In this document: positions 1-11,400 of the stretch, in pieces | How positions within the stretch are numbered: the stretch's first letter is position 1 | Layout of the letters: every line of letters begins with the position of its first letter | Assembly: GCA_965637545.1 (NCBI GenBank) | Contig: OZ281498.1 | Location: 22,382,001-22,446,000 of the forward strand | Reading direction: 5' to 3' | From: Phallusia mammillata | Taxonomy: Eukaryota | DNA: 64,000 nucleotides | Notes under the pieces: generated by a model | Seen by the model: the letters and a program-made list of their open reading frames with translations, nothing else | What the model was told of the DNA's origin: nothing | Database searches by the model: none | Program-made: the position numbers and the translations under genes

Positions 1-2500
1 CTCAATGAAGGACGCAGTAGTCAGTATAGCTTCTGGGAACGACCACATTGTGATGGTTTCAGCAGTTGGCACGGTTGGTATTTTGTTCAAGTAAAAACAT
101 GCTACTGTTATGTGTGTATTGGTGAGTTATGCATTTCTTGCGTTGCAGGTATTTACATTTGGCTGTGCTGAACAAGGTCAACTGGGAAGGATTGCTCGAT
201 ATTTCACCGACAGAGGTGGAAGAAGAAGTTCAAGTAAGCCTTGTTAAAAATTTAACATCAAAACATTTCAAATCATTAGCTTTTGACAATGTCGAATATG
301 TATGAACATACAGACAGTATATTTCCAACTCCTTGAGTAAATGTGCATAGTGTGGCCATACACTTTGTTTAGTGTAGTAAGGGTTTCCTTGTGGGTTGAG
401 ATTGTGTAAGGAGTGTGCAATTACATGAGCTGTAGAAGAAAATATTAGTCAGTGTTTACATGTCAGTTAGGCTATCTTTGCCAAAATACCACCAGTATAT
501 ACATCAGCTAGTTCAAAGTGCAGAAAATTAGTTTCAATGTTTAGAATATTTGACAGAAAGAATTTTTGCATATTATACAACATTTACAGAACCTCATAAG
601 AGCAAGGAAACAGAAGCAGAAGTGAAAGGTAAACATCATAAAGTACAGTACATATAAAAGTTAACAAGTCAAGTGGACCAGCATTATTAGTTATATTTTT
701 AAGTCAGTACAGTCTATAGAAGGACATTTTTTAATGGGTTAACAAAGAAAACATATTATGCCATTTAATAATAAAACACTATGTTGTTTAGATTCATTTC
801 TTCGTCCTTGCAAGGTCAGTATTCCTCGTGTGAACAAATCACGATCACTGATTGTTCAAGCTTTTTGTGGTGCTTACTCAACGTGGGTGATAGCAAAAGA
901 TGGAAGTGTGTTTGGATTCGGATTGAACAACTATAATCAGCTCGGTAAGGACATGGCAAATATGTGGTATTTTTCTGCAGTTATGTGGGGGACAAATTTT
1001 TTTTTATTTGTTGACATGAGTGCTGTTTGTGGTTGCAGTTGACTTATACTGTTTGTCTATAGGTTTTCCTGATAGCGAGAACAGGTATCTGCCAGAACTT
1101 GTGCCAGCTCTATCGGGCAAAAGTTGGAAGCAACTGGCAGCCGGACAACATCATACATTGTGCCTAAACCAAGAAGGTAAGTTACAATGTATTGTGAACA
1201 AGAGTTAGTGCATTAAAAACTCTACATGTTTGGTCGCAAGTTGCAAATCATTTTGTTAGGCTTGGCGTGTAGCTTGTAACTTACCTTCGCTTGTACTTAC
1301 CTTGTTAGGCTTGGCGTGCGTTTGTAATCCATCCAACTTTTTTTATAACTCCTCAAACATTTTTTATAACTCCTCAACATTTTGCAACTATTTCTGACTT
1401 GGTGATATTTTGTGATGCCATGATTTGGTGAACCAAAATCTCAACCAAAATGCCGAATTAGTATAAAATAACGCCCCAGTAGCAAATAAACTATTGATTT
1501 CGTAGCACCATAAATAGTTATATTTATTAGGTATTGAATACCCATTTAAATGTTTCTTAAATGTTGATTGATTGCTTAAAACAATAGCAGTATGACCACA
1601 TGTGTTTCTCTTAGTAAGTGATGTAAACGCTGCAAATTTTATTAGATAGGCAACTATCTTGTTCTACTAAATTGTGACGTTAATGCATGGTGTGTGCTTT
1701 AGCATGTTATTTCAATTGTAAACATGTTAATTAAGTCAATTTTTCTCACAGGCAAGGTTTATGCGCTTGGAAGGGGAGACTATGGTCGGTTAGGACTTGG
1801 TGAAGATATTGAACAGGCCGACACACCTACACATATCCCAAGTCTCACAGATATTGTCTCAGTTGCTGCTAATGGATGTGTCTCATTTGCCATTGACAAA
1901 GCAGGTAAACAATTTTCTTGAACTAAAGCAGTGGTTTTCAACTTTGCAGTAACAGACGTATGTTACACATTCATTGAATATCGCTGTTAATAAGCTGTAT
2001 ATTTCCTGTTTTCAATTATAGCATAGTATTTTATGTGCTTTTTTGAACTGGACATATTCTCCGTAATTATCTTTACAAGGCCAAAATATTAGTTTTAGAC
2101 TAGATAATGAAACCAAATATCTTGTATGTTGCTTAAAGGTGTTTTCAATTATAGTTTTGTATTTTTGAACACATTTTCTGAACTGGACATATTCTCCATA
2201 ATTGTCTTTCCAAGACCAAGGCTAGATTATAATAAAATCAATTATATGTCTAGCAAAACAGTTTGATATTAATGAACAGCCACGTACTGGACAGTTATGC
2301 TTAAAATCTCCTGTTTTATAGGAGCTGGCTACGGGTGGGGAATCGGCACCAACCTCCAACTGACCACTGGCGACGAAGATGACGTATGGGAGCCGGTCAA
2401 ACTGACTGGACGCAATCTAGAAACTCGCCAGGTGGCGCAAGTGGGCTGCGGGGGACAGCATACTGTTATCATCGCTACCGACCGCACAGAAGAAAAATGA
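1..2500 (+). CDS. RCC1: Regulator of chromosome condensation 1, 3' part (5' end lies upstream of the window)
   Basis: Exons 1-73, 149-233, 792-944, 1063-1176, 1752-1904 and 2322-2500, all with GT-AG junctions. They splice to RCC1 repeats (SGNDHIVM, FGCAEQGQLGR, FCGAYSTW, FGFGLNNYNQLG, GQHHT, LGRGDYGRLGLG, GWGIGTNLQL, CGGQHTV-stop) collinear with the C-terminal half of vertebrate RCC1. Confidence 0.95.
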
Positions 2501-3335
2501 CCAAAAGCGAGATGTTACAAGCGATGCAAAGTGCCCCCCTATCCTACCACGATAAGGAATAGTCGGAAAAGGTCCGCGGTTTTGGGCTCTTCGTGGTGTA
2601 CATATTGGGCAAGTCAATGATTTAAGTAAGGGTAAAATGATAGAAGTAGCAAATTCTATTCTTTAGGCGAAATTCGAATTGTAATGATTTAAATTTGCAT
2701 TGCTATTATCTCATATATCAAGACAATATGCTTCACCACTTACTGCCATAATGTAATTTAAAATAGCCTACCACGTGCCAATACAGTGTGTATTGAGAAA
2801 GGATGGCTTATTGAATCATTGCAGTTTTACAAAATTGTCGTCTTGTGTGCGTTCTTTGACCAATCCGTATTCTATCTATACTGTAGTATTGAAACGTTGA
2901 ATGGCATATATATTTCAATTCCGTCTTTGTTGTGATTTAAAACTGACCACTTTTGCTGTTTACGATTAATTGCAGCTTATTGCGACATTTATTTGCGCAA
3001 CGGCGCCAATTTTCTATTGCGCTGTTTTAAAGGCTCTTCTTTTACGCTATTTGTTTTAATATGAGACATATTACGCCTTCGAAAGTATGTGGGCAACTTT
3101 GTTAAACGTATCTTTTCCCAATTTTCTAATTTGCTGGCCTTTTCCGTCTGTTGTTTAAGCCTTTCTGCTGATACTACCATTTGAACACACGCCAAGGCTG
3201 TCTGCATGGACATTACATATATTCAGGTTGTTTAACCAAAATATCAGAACACATATGCAATTCAAAGTGGTTGGCGTTTTATCGCATACAATAATAAACT
3301 TGAGTTCTTTCTTACAGTTGTGTCATATATTTCAT

Positions 3336-3512
3336 TGAGTTGAGTGATTTTAGCTTGGTGAAAGAACACCGCGACACAGTAGCACTAAAACAATCACCAA
3401 GCCGAAATGAGCTGCGCAACGGTAACGGTAAATCACCAAGGCTATGGGGGCACAAAACAGTGGAATTGGCGGATGATGGCTTAACGCGCTGCAGCAACAC
3501 CGTATTATAAGC
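3336..3512 (-). mobile_element. 3' end of a retroposon (LINE/SINE tail family ending in AACTC repeats)
   Basis: Aligns by eye with 17988-18163, 23360-23545 and 44815-44983 (shared GCACTAAAACAATCACCAAGCCG, GCTGCGCAACG, GCTGCAGC-ACACCGTATTATAA). It ends in a GAGTT/AACTC microsatellite. Confidence 0.65.
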
Positions 3513-4749
3513 GCAGTTGGTAAACACGCATTGGACAAAAAACTACGTGCTATCTTGACACAAGCTTTGCATCAAAAATGCATTTCCCCTAAAACTTCCG
3601 ATGGTATTTTACACCGCCATAGGTGAATACTTTATTAGACGAATTAAAATTACTAACAACAGAAATAATAGATGTAAGATTTAGGCAAGGGAGTCAAAAC
3701 CATAAACTGAATAAAATCCGTGCTTTTTATTTATTCTATTTGAAAGAATGCCAAAAACGCTTTTTGAAAATTCCAATATTGACGCATAAATTTAAAACTT
3801 AAGTCGATAGTAGTTGATAGAAGATATTTACAAAGCAGCCGATGTCAAAAAAGGCAACGTGAGAGTTTAAAAATAGCGCATGGACGGTTTAAAAATGTCG
3901 AGAATACGAGGCTAGGGCAACACACCACTTTTCAACGCCACAAAATTAATTAATCAGTCGGTCAATTTTGTCAACTAAATACGTCCATCCCACATCAGGG
4001 CATCATTCTGAAATAGTGCACGTTAACTATGCAACAAAAGGAAAAGTTTTTTTTTACAAGTCATTCTATCACGTGTTATCACATTCCTCCTTGTGCCTAC
4101 CTTCAGGTTTTTTGATGGTGTACAATAGTAAAATTTTAACCGTTATTGAACATTACCAGCAATTATCATAGTGTTGTCCCTTCTTAGCCATTGTGCCAAT
4201 CAAAAAAGTGATTTTTAATAAGGTATTTTTTATTTTATTGCTGTATTGTCTTGCTTTATGTTGCATGCTAAATAATTTATTGATGTTCAGATACAGCTAT
4301 TCCATTATTCGCCTTTTAACTTCACAAAACTGCCTGTCAGATACAAAAGCATTTCGGTTTCAAAATGTTGCCGTATAAATAACCAATGAAAATAGGTGGC
4401 AAAGGAAAATGTTTCCCCTATTTGCCCTTTCCAGTATTGTTATTTATGACCCTCACTCTTATGGGCCAGTTTGAATAATACGAAAGAATAACGCTGACGA
4501 AACCAGGCGCGGCAACGAGTCTATTTGGCGGTTGTGGAAGTTGGTTTCGCTTGGGTGATACAAAAATAAACACGTCAAATAAAAAGCCCCAAATACACTG
4601 AATGCTAATAGGGCTATGCACCTTTATATGTTGAAGGCGACGACGCTAAAGGTCCCAACGAATAAATAAACCATATTTCTCCTTTACAACAAGTGAATCA
4701 CAGACGGCCAAATAAAGCGGTTGTATACTGACGTGGCTGTCCCTGAGAC

Positions 4750-4925
4750 CAGAATTGTAAGCGGGCGTAAACCCGAAACACGGTTGAAATAAAGCCTGAA
4801 AGTTGGATTTACCTCGGTGAAATTTCGGCACAAATGTGATTTTATGTGAAGTCAGGCCCGAAATAAACCCGTTTTATTCGGACAAAAGCCCGTAACCGGC
4901 CCGAAAAGCATAACTTACAATTCTG
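4750..4925. mobile_element. Small non-autonomous TIR element (hAT-like MITE)
   Basis: Perfect 12-bp TIR CAGAATTGTAAG / CTTACAATTCTG around a CCCGA-rich interior. No TSD is preserved. Confidence 0.6.
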
Positions 4926-7546
4926 CATAAATTTTAGACGCCAAACCTTGAAATATTGGATTTGTTTGTTGTTTTGCATCTGCGATGGAAATTGGTTCGA
5001 AAAGAAGCGAAACTATCGGTTTGGTATAGAGGTTGGACAAACGAGAAATAACAAAAGTTCAAGACAATTGATTGTTTAAACAGCCCATTATTGGCCACTG
5101 ACTACCTACGTATGGTATCTTCTGTTCCAATGTACACAGGGCGGGTCCAGGGCGCTCGGCAAATTGAGTAGAATCTTAGCATTGTCACTTGACAGATTAT
5201 GTGTGTTTTTAATAGTCCTTCTCCTTACAGTGTTTGCAGTACAAATTTCCTGAAAACGTATGGAAGTAACCTAAAATTAAGTTTCGTAATGTTCGATCGT
5301 TAGAAAACGCGGGGTTTGAAATGGTCTGACAACAATTACGTCAGCATAAGATACTTTGAAAAAAATTAAAATAAAACAAAGGGTAACACGGAATTTTCTA
5401 TATTCCGTCTTGTAGTAGAAAGTATATCTTAATGTAAAAGCGGTCAAAATTGTTTCGAAATTGTAAATCGAACCGGGCTGTGACCAAGTAAAGAAAGGAG
5501 CTTTTGGGCCCCAAATTCATATATTTGTGTGGTAATTTTGTATTGAAACACTTAATTTTCATGCCAAAATGGTTTATTACAGTAACTTAACATTCAGGAA
5601 TAGAAAAAAATCGGGTTGAGGCCTAACAATAGTTTATGAAGTGCTGTTGTTTTTGCGTTTCCGCTTGTCTGGAGATAATAGGCACATTAGGTACTTATTG
5701 TAGAGTATGTTTACCAGGCCTTTAGGTAATATATATTTGTTTGTTACAAAATCACTATGGACGCATCAAAACCAATTGCTATGCTCGGTTTTGAATCAAT
5801 CGCGCATTTCCATGACGGTTCGCGCTGTTCTTATGCCGCGAAACCACACGACGGCTCCAGTCTGCGTGAATGTTGCTCCCGGCTTGATAAGGCACAGAAA
5901 AAGGCCGCTGAGTCGTGAAGGGATATTTCCAATTATTATTAGTGGTGCTATCCCAAATGACACCAGTCGGCTATGTGGGCGTTCGAGCTTCCATTATCAG
6001 CTCTGGTGGCGAACCCAAACCAAGGAGTTAGCTTCTCAAGGGACCCCCGCGCTATACGTAATGCTCTACAGGTCAAATAATGCGGATTTAATCAGGGTTT
6101 GATTTCGTTTGAAGATGTGTCGACGACTGTGTGAGGTTTTACAACATTTAGAGACTGATTGTGTTTTAATCAGTTTAGCCGTTAGGTTGGCGAGATTAGT
6201 CCGAACTGCGTGTTTAGACTGATTTGTCGTGATTATTGAAGCAGATGGGTAGAATTTTGAACAAAATACAAGTTTACAATTAGTAGCATTGCGAGGAAAA
6301 TAATGGCAAAAATAGACTTAAAATGCCATTATGGACATACCATCATCAGTGATAGAAGTTTCCTCAATAAACTGTTGAACGGCGTTTCATTAGCATTACC
6401 TTTCGATAAAATTTGATTGGAAGGCTGCGCCAAAAAAGTCACTTGTGGTTTACGCCGTTAATGTTCACTGCACAACCCTTCCATGAACACGTCTAGCTGG
6501 AATAAATACAGATTTCGAGTTAGTTAAATTCAGCAACTGCCATAGTAACAAAGATTAAGATTTTGTAACGTTTATTTTTGCTTACGTCAACATAATACCA
6601 ACGACATGGTTTCGATTTTTAAGAGAAAGGCATTGAAATGTTATATTTTTTGTGCGCAATTGCCAGAATAACGTTATAATGCAATGTTCAAATTAAAATC
6701 TTTACTTTTGTTTCCCTGAAGGAAACAAGATGACATTCCTGAGAAATGAATATTCGATTTATCGAAAACCGTTTCACGTTTCCCATTCTCGTTTACCGAA
6801 ATTAAGACCCATCAAGACAAACTTATTCTTTTTTTAAACCAGAAATGGAAATATTAAAATAATATTAGCAATACATAACATACAGGAGTACGACAGCCCC
6901 GTATGTACTACACTTTTACAAGCATTGCTTACGGTCTTAGGATTAGCGCAAACAAAAGTTAAACGAGACTATTTTAAAACTTTCAAATTTGTTTAACAGT
7001 TTAAGTCCTGTTCATCGTAACGAAGCTTCATTTTCAAACGATCGAATATTACGAAACTCCGTAGATGTACGCTTGGTAATATGGGCTTTGAACGCTTAAC
7101 CTTTCCATTTTCCAAACACAGGAAATATGGAATCAGGCGCTATTTTTCCGTAACTTTACAGACTGGCGCCAAGCCGCGTATTGTACAAGTACACAAGCAT
7201 GTAAATTGCCACTATTAGCGATTGTTCTAAATAAAGTTATCAAGGAAATTCCCAATTACCAACAAACTGCGTGGCGTTGCCATGGTTTCAAAGTGATTTG
7301 TGGGTAATTTCCTATTAGATTGCGTCACAGTTACGGTAGGTTTTGACAAGGTCAAATTCAAGGTTTTAAAAGAACAGACTGCTTGTGAAAACTTAAAACT
7401 GATTGATAAAAAGTAGTTTGTTTCAGCATTGCAGTTTTTCATTTTTTTTTAAATACTAAACATTTAAAACAAACACTTAAAACATCTAGATAACCGATAT
7501 CTAGGATAACGAACAACAGTTAAAACATCTACGATAACAGATTCAA

Positions 7547-7999
7547 GAAACTAGCCGACGTTTAATTCTCTGTTTTTTATTTATATTGCGGTCAATCAAA
7601 CCAAGATAAGTAAGGGGAAAATCTATGCAGCCAAGCCCTAATGACGTACGATCGAAATAAAACCAAGTGGCACAAAAAACGCGAGACTTAACATGTTAAA
7701 ACATATACTACAACACATTCGAGAAACTAGCCGACATTTATAATGCTCTGCTTTTTATTTAAATTGCAGTCAATCAAGTCAAGAGAAGGGAAAATCTATG
7801 CAGCCAAGCCCTAATGACGTACGATCGAAATAAAACCAAGTGGCACAAAAAAACGCGAGACTTAACATGTTAAAACATATACTACAACACATTCGAGAAA
7901 CTAGCCGACATTTATAATGCTCTGCTTTTTATTTAAATTGCAGTCAATCAAGTCAAGAGAAGGGGAAATCTACAGCCAAGCCCTAATGACGTACGATCG
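7547..7999. repeat. Tandem repeat, ~175-bp unit, ~2.6 copies
   Basis: GAAACTAGCCGAC recurs with its C at 7551, 7727 and 7901. Copies 2 and 3 are nearly identical. Confidence 0.95.
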
Positions 8000-8480
8000 G
8001 CCGCAGATAGTGTAGAGTAACATACGAGTTTCGTTGCCACAAATAGACATTGCCGCTTTCGGTGACTTTACTTGGTCTATTTTACGTCGGTCATGGGCTC
8101 AGTATTTTAAAGTTTCATCAAAACAAATTTTTAAAACTCCATGTCGAGCCGTAGATGTTCACGAAATCGTTTAGAAAATTAGTCAGCGCGGGGGCCTTAT
8201 TGAAAGATGATTAAAATACCGCAACAGAAAACAGATGCAAGCCTGGGTTTGGTCAAAAATTATGAGAAAGTATTCGAAACAGAACAATATTTGTGTGGAA
8301 AGACGTTTACCAAAAGTTTGAGTTAGTTATGACTACGTTTTTTAAAGTTATTTCCAAAAACAATTTAGTTCCCAGTAAAGCTATTATAAGTGTGTGTTGC
8401 CTTGCATACTTAACTTATGCTTTTTCAACAGTATTAATTGTTTAAACATTTTGTTCTGTGAAGCTGAATTACTGGGAACC

Positions 8481-11400
8481 ATGACGGCAAGGCTACTACT
8501 TTTCTGTTTCATTATTGGTAAGTTGGTTGTATAAAACGTAATATTAGTGCATGGCCAATTGAAAACATTCTAAACAGCGCAGTAGAGCCTAAAAAACTAC
8601 TGCGATAAAACGATTTTGGAACGGCAAAAGTGTTTTGAAATGAAGCGAAGATTATCGATAGGACTGCAGGGAAATATCCACGAAATAATTTGGCGCAACT
8701 TCGTGCAAACTTATTATTAAAACCAGTGGTTATACACTATTTTTGTTACTTTTTCACAAATGGGCCAACACAGCCATAACTTTGGTACCATATCTCGTAC
8801 CGCCTACTTTAGTGCCACAGGTTAGGAAACCGAGCCTAAAGCAGAGATCAGCAAACTTCAAATCGAGCCGTCAATGAGGTTTAACAAGTCGCACAGAAAC
8901 AATACATAATATACGGTGGCAATAGGAAAAAAACATGGGTGTCATCGACTTATAGTACTTAACAGCCCCATGTCTCTCGCTAATCAGCGTTTTTATACGG
9001 TACAAAATGTAACACATGCACTGAACAACTTTATGACTTTTTTGGTAACCTTAACTGTATCGTAGCTAGAAACTGTTTGCCGACGTAATCCAAACATTTT
9101 TTTGGCAACGCTAGTAATAAATCGGCGATTATAGTGTTTTTTTTTCAAAAACTGGACGCCTTAGTGTAGCTTATCAGAAATGAAACCTCCAACTGCAGGG
9201 TTCAGAAAAAATGCGAAACTACATGTAGAAATTGTGTTCAACGTTCGTCACAAGTTACTATCGTTTGGTTTTATTTTCACAAGCCACCCTATTGGTAACA
9301 TTTGGCACCACATTTTGCGCATTGTAAACACCAGGTCAAGATGATATATCAATTACCCAAATATTAACGACTTTTAATTGAAGGAAGTCTTGCGACATAT
9401 GAGACAGTGAATATACTACGGCGATTTAGGGCCAATTAGAAATCTGTCGGATATATAACGATACTGTGCAATATATGTGTCATAGGAAAATCAAATTGAG
9501 ACAAAAATAGCGTTGCGATGTGAGTGCAGACAACTTCACATTTAGAAAAAGCATTTACATTAGCATGTTTTGTAAGCAAGGGTTATATTATGCATAATCC
9601 CTTGAGGTGATTTTGCTTTCCTACATTTGATAAAACCTTATGTGTCTAATGAGCCTTTAACCTTTAATTGATAAAGAAAATTCGACCACTAAATCAGTTT
9701 TTTCAACAACTGCAGAAATTAAATCCAAAAACGCAGAACAAGTCATCAAATCTCACATTACCCAATGACAACATTACTTCATTGCCTATCTACAATCTGG
9801 ATATTATCAACATTGACTGCATATTTACAGATTTAAAAATGCGACGCACCAGGAAGCCATTTTGTCATGAAAGAAAAGCAACAAACGTAACTTTAAAAGT
9901 CGTAAAAAAACTTTTTTAAAAAAAGTGTGGTTAACTTACAGAAAATTCAAGCATTAAATCAACTTTATAAAAACCAGCAACTAACGAAACTTTGCAAGTC
10001 GTGGTAAACGTTTTGTTTTCAAAAAGTGTGTTTAACGTACGCAAAAAATTCGACCTAAAAACAGCCTTATAAACACCACATGGCAACAGATACTGAAAAC
10101 AACTAACTGACCTTAAAATCGACGTAAACGTTTTTTGCAAACTGATCTGACAGCGAATATTTGTAACTTCCAGAATGTCAGTTTGCAGTTTTTAAAAATA
10201 CTAAACTTAAATCTTGTTATAAATTTCATAAAAGATATAATGTATTTGTTGGGTGCCAAATTCCACAAAAACAACAACAACAACAACAACAAAGAAGCAA
10301 TTTATCAATTTTTAAATAGTTTATTACCCATATGCACTGTATATCAACGAGAAAAATCATCGCTTTGTTGGTCGGTAAAACAGATGGACTTTTCTGGCCG
10401 AGTTCAAGATGTGGCTTGACTATTAGCATTCGAAACAAAGTGGTTATTCGTAAAGACCTTGATAATACGACCCGATAATATCAAACCTGTTTGTGGTTAT
10501 TTTCGAAACATTTGTTTCACAAAGGCGACTTCTTTTTTTGCTTTACCTCCGACTCAAAAATCATGTGTATTGGCAAGGCTAAAGCATAGACCAGTGGTTC
10601 TCAACCTTTTGTAGACCGTGGCCCCCTAAAAGTAACTTTTTGGCCTTGTGGCCCCCTTCAAGTATCCCTGTAAGACCTGTGCCCCCCTTAAAAATGTAAA
10701 TGACAAACTCGTGTTGGAATTCGGTACTAATTTCGGCTTCAAACAGGTCGAATAGAGTAAACAAGAATCAATAATCATTAAAACCCCAATATAGACAAAT
10801 AGTGTGTAAAATAGTTGATTAAATTAGGAATAAAGTTAAAGTTATCAAAAAACAAAAAGGCTTTTAGGCCCTGGTTGAGAACCACTGACATAGACGTTTC
10901 ATGTAACTTACGGTGGGTTACGCAAAGCCCTAATTTAAACCGTTTCTGCCAGAGTTGCAGACGGACCCGAATTTAGGGCCAAACCCGTAAATACAAGTCA
11001 AAACCCACCATAACCTATTTTTAACAAAGCCCAAATCACACCTGAAAGTTGGTGAAAAATGCGGCCGAGTGTAAGGCCAGACCCGTTCAGTGAAACTCAA
11101 GCCCGAATCCAACCCGAACCCGGTCCGAAACGCACGGCCGGACTCACAACTCTAGTTTGTGTCAAATTGGTTTGAATTTTCGCGTGCCATAACATTTACT
11201 TTGTATCGTTTATTAAATGCGTGTTTCTGTATCGTGGAAGTTTTAGGATGACTTTGTAACTACACTTTGCTGCTTGCGTTGTGAAAAAGTATTTTTATCA
11301 CCGTTTATGAATAAAACGATTGCACAATGTCAAAACCATTGAAAAGGCCACAGAAAATCCAGATTCGTCACATAGCATAAATAAATATATAACGGTTGCA

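Noticed and set aside
1255-2220. Short local duplications in RCC1 introns (similar ones near 11700 and 51250)
   Set aside because: They are two-copy slippage-type duplications with no TIR, TSD or structure.
5707-6102. 131-aa ORF
   Set aside because: No recognisable motif, splice context or paralogue. The GC-rich part is noted as a low-interest finding instead.
6343-6349. CTGATGA on the minus strand near GAAAC
   Set aside because: No pairing for stems II or III in any hammerhead permutation.
7547-7999. Repeat array considered as CRISPR-like
   Set aside because: The units are contiguous with no unique spacers, the context is eukaryotic and no cas genes are present.
10270-10292. (AAC)n microsatellite giving poly-Asn and poly-Cys ORFs
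   Set aside because: It is an ordinary short intronic microsatellite.
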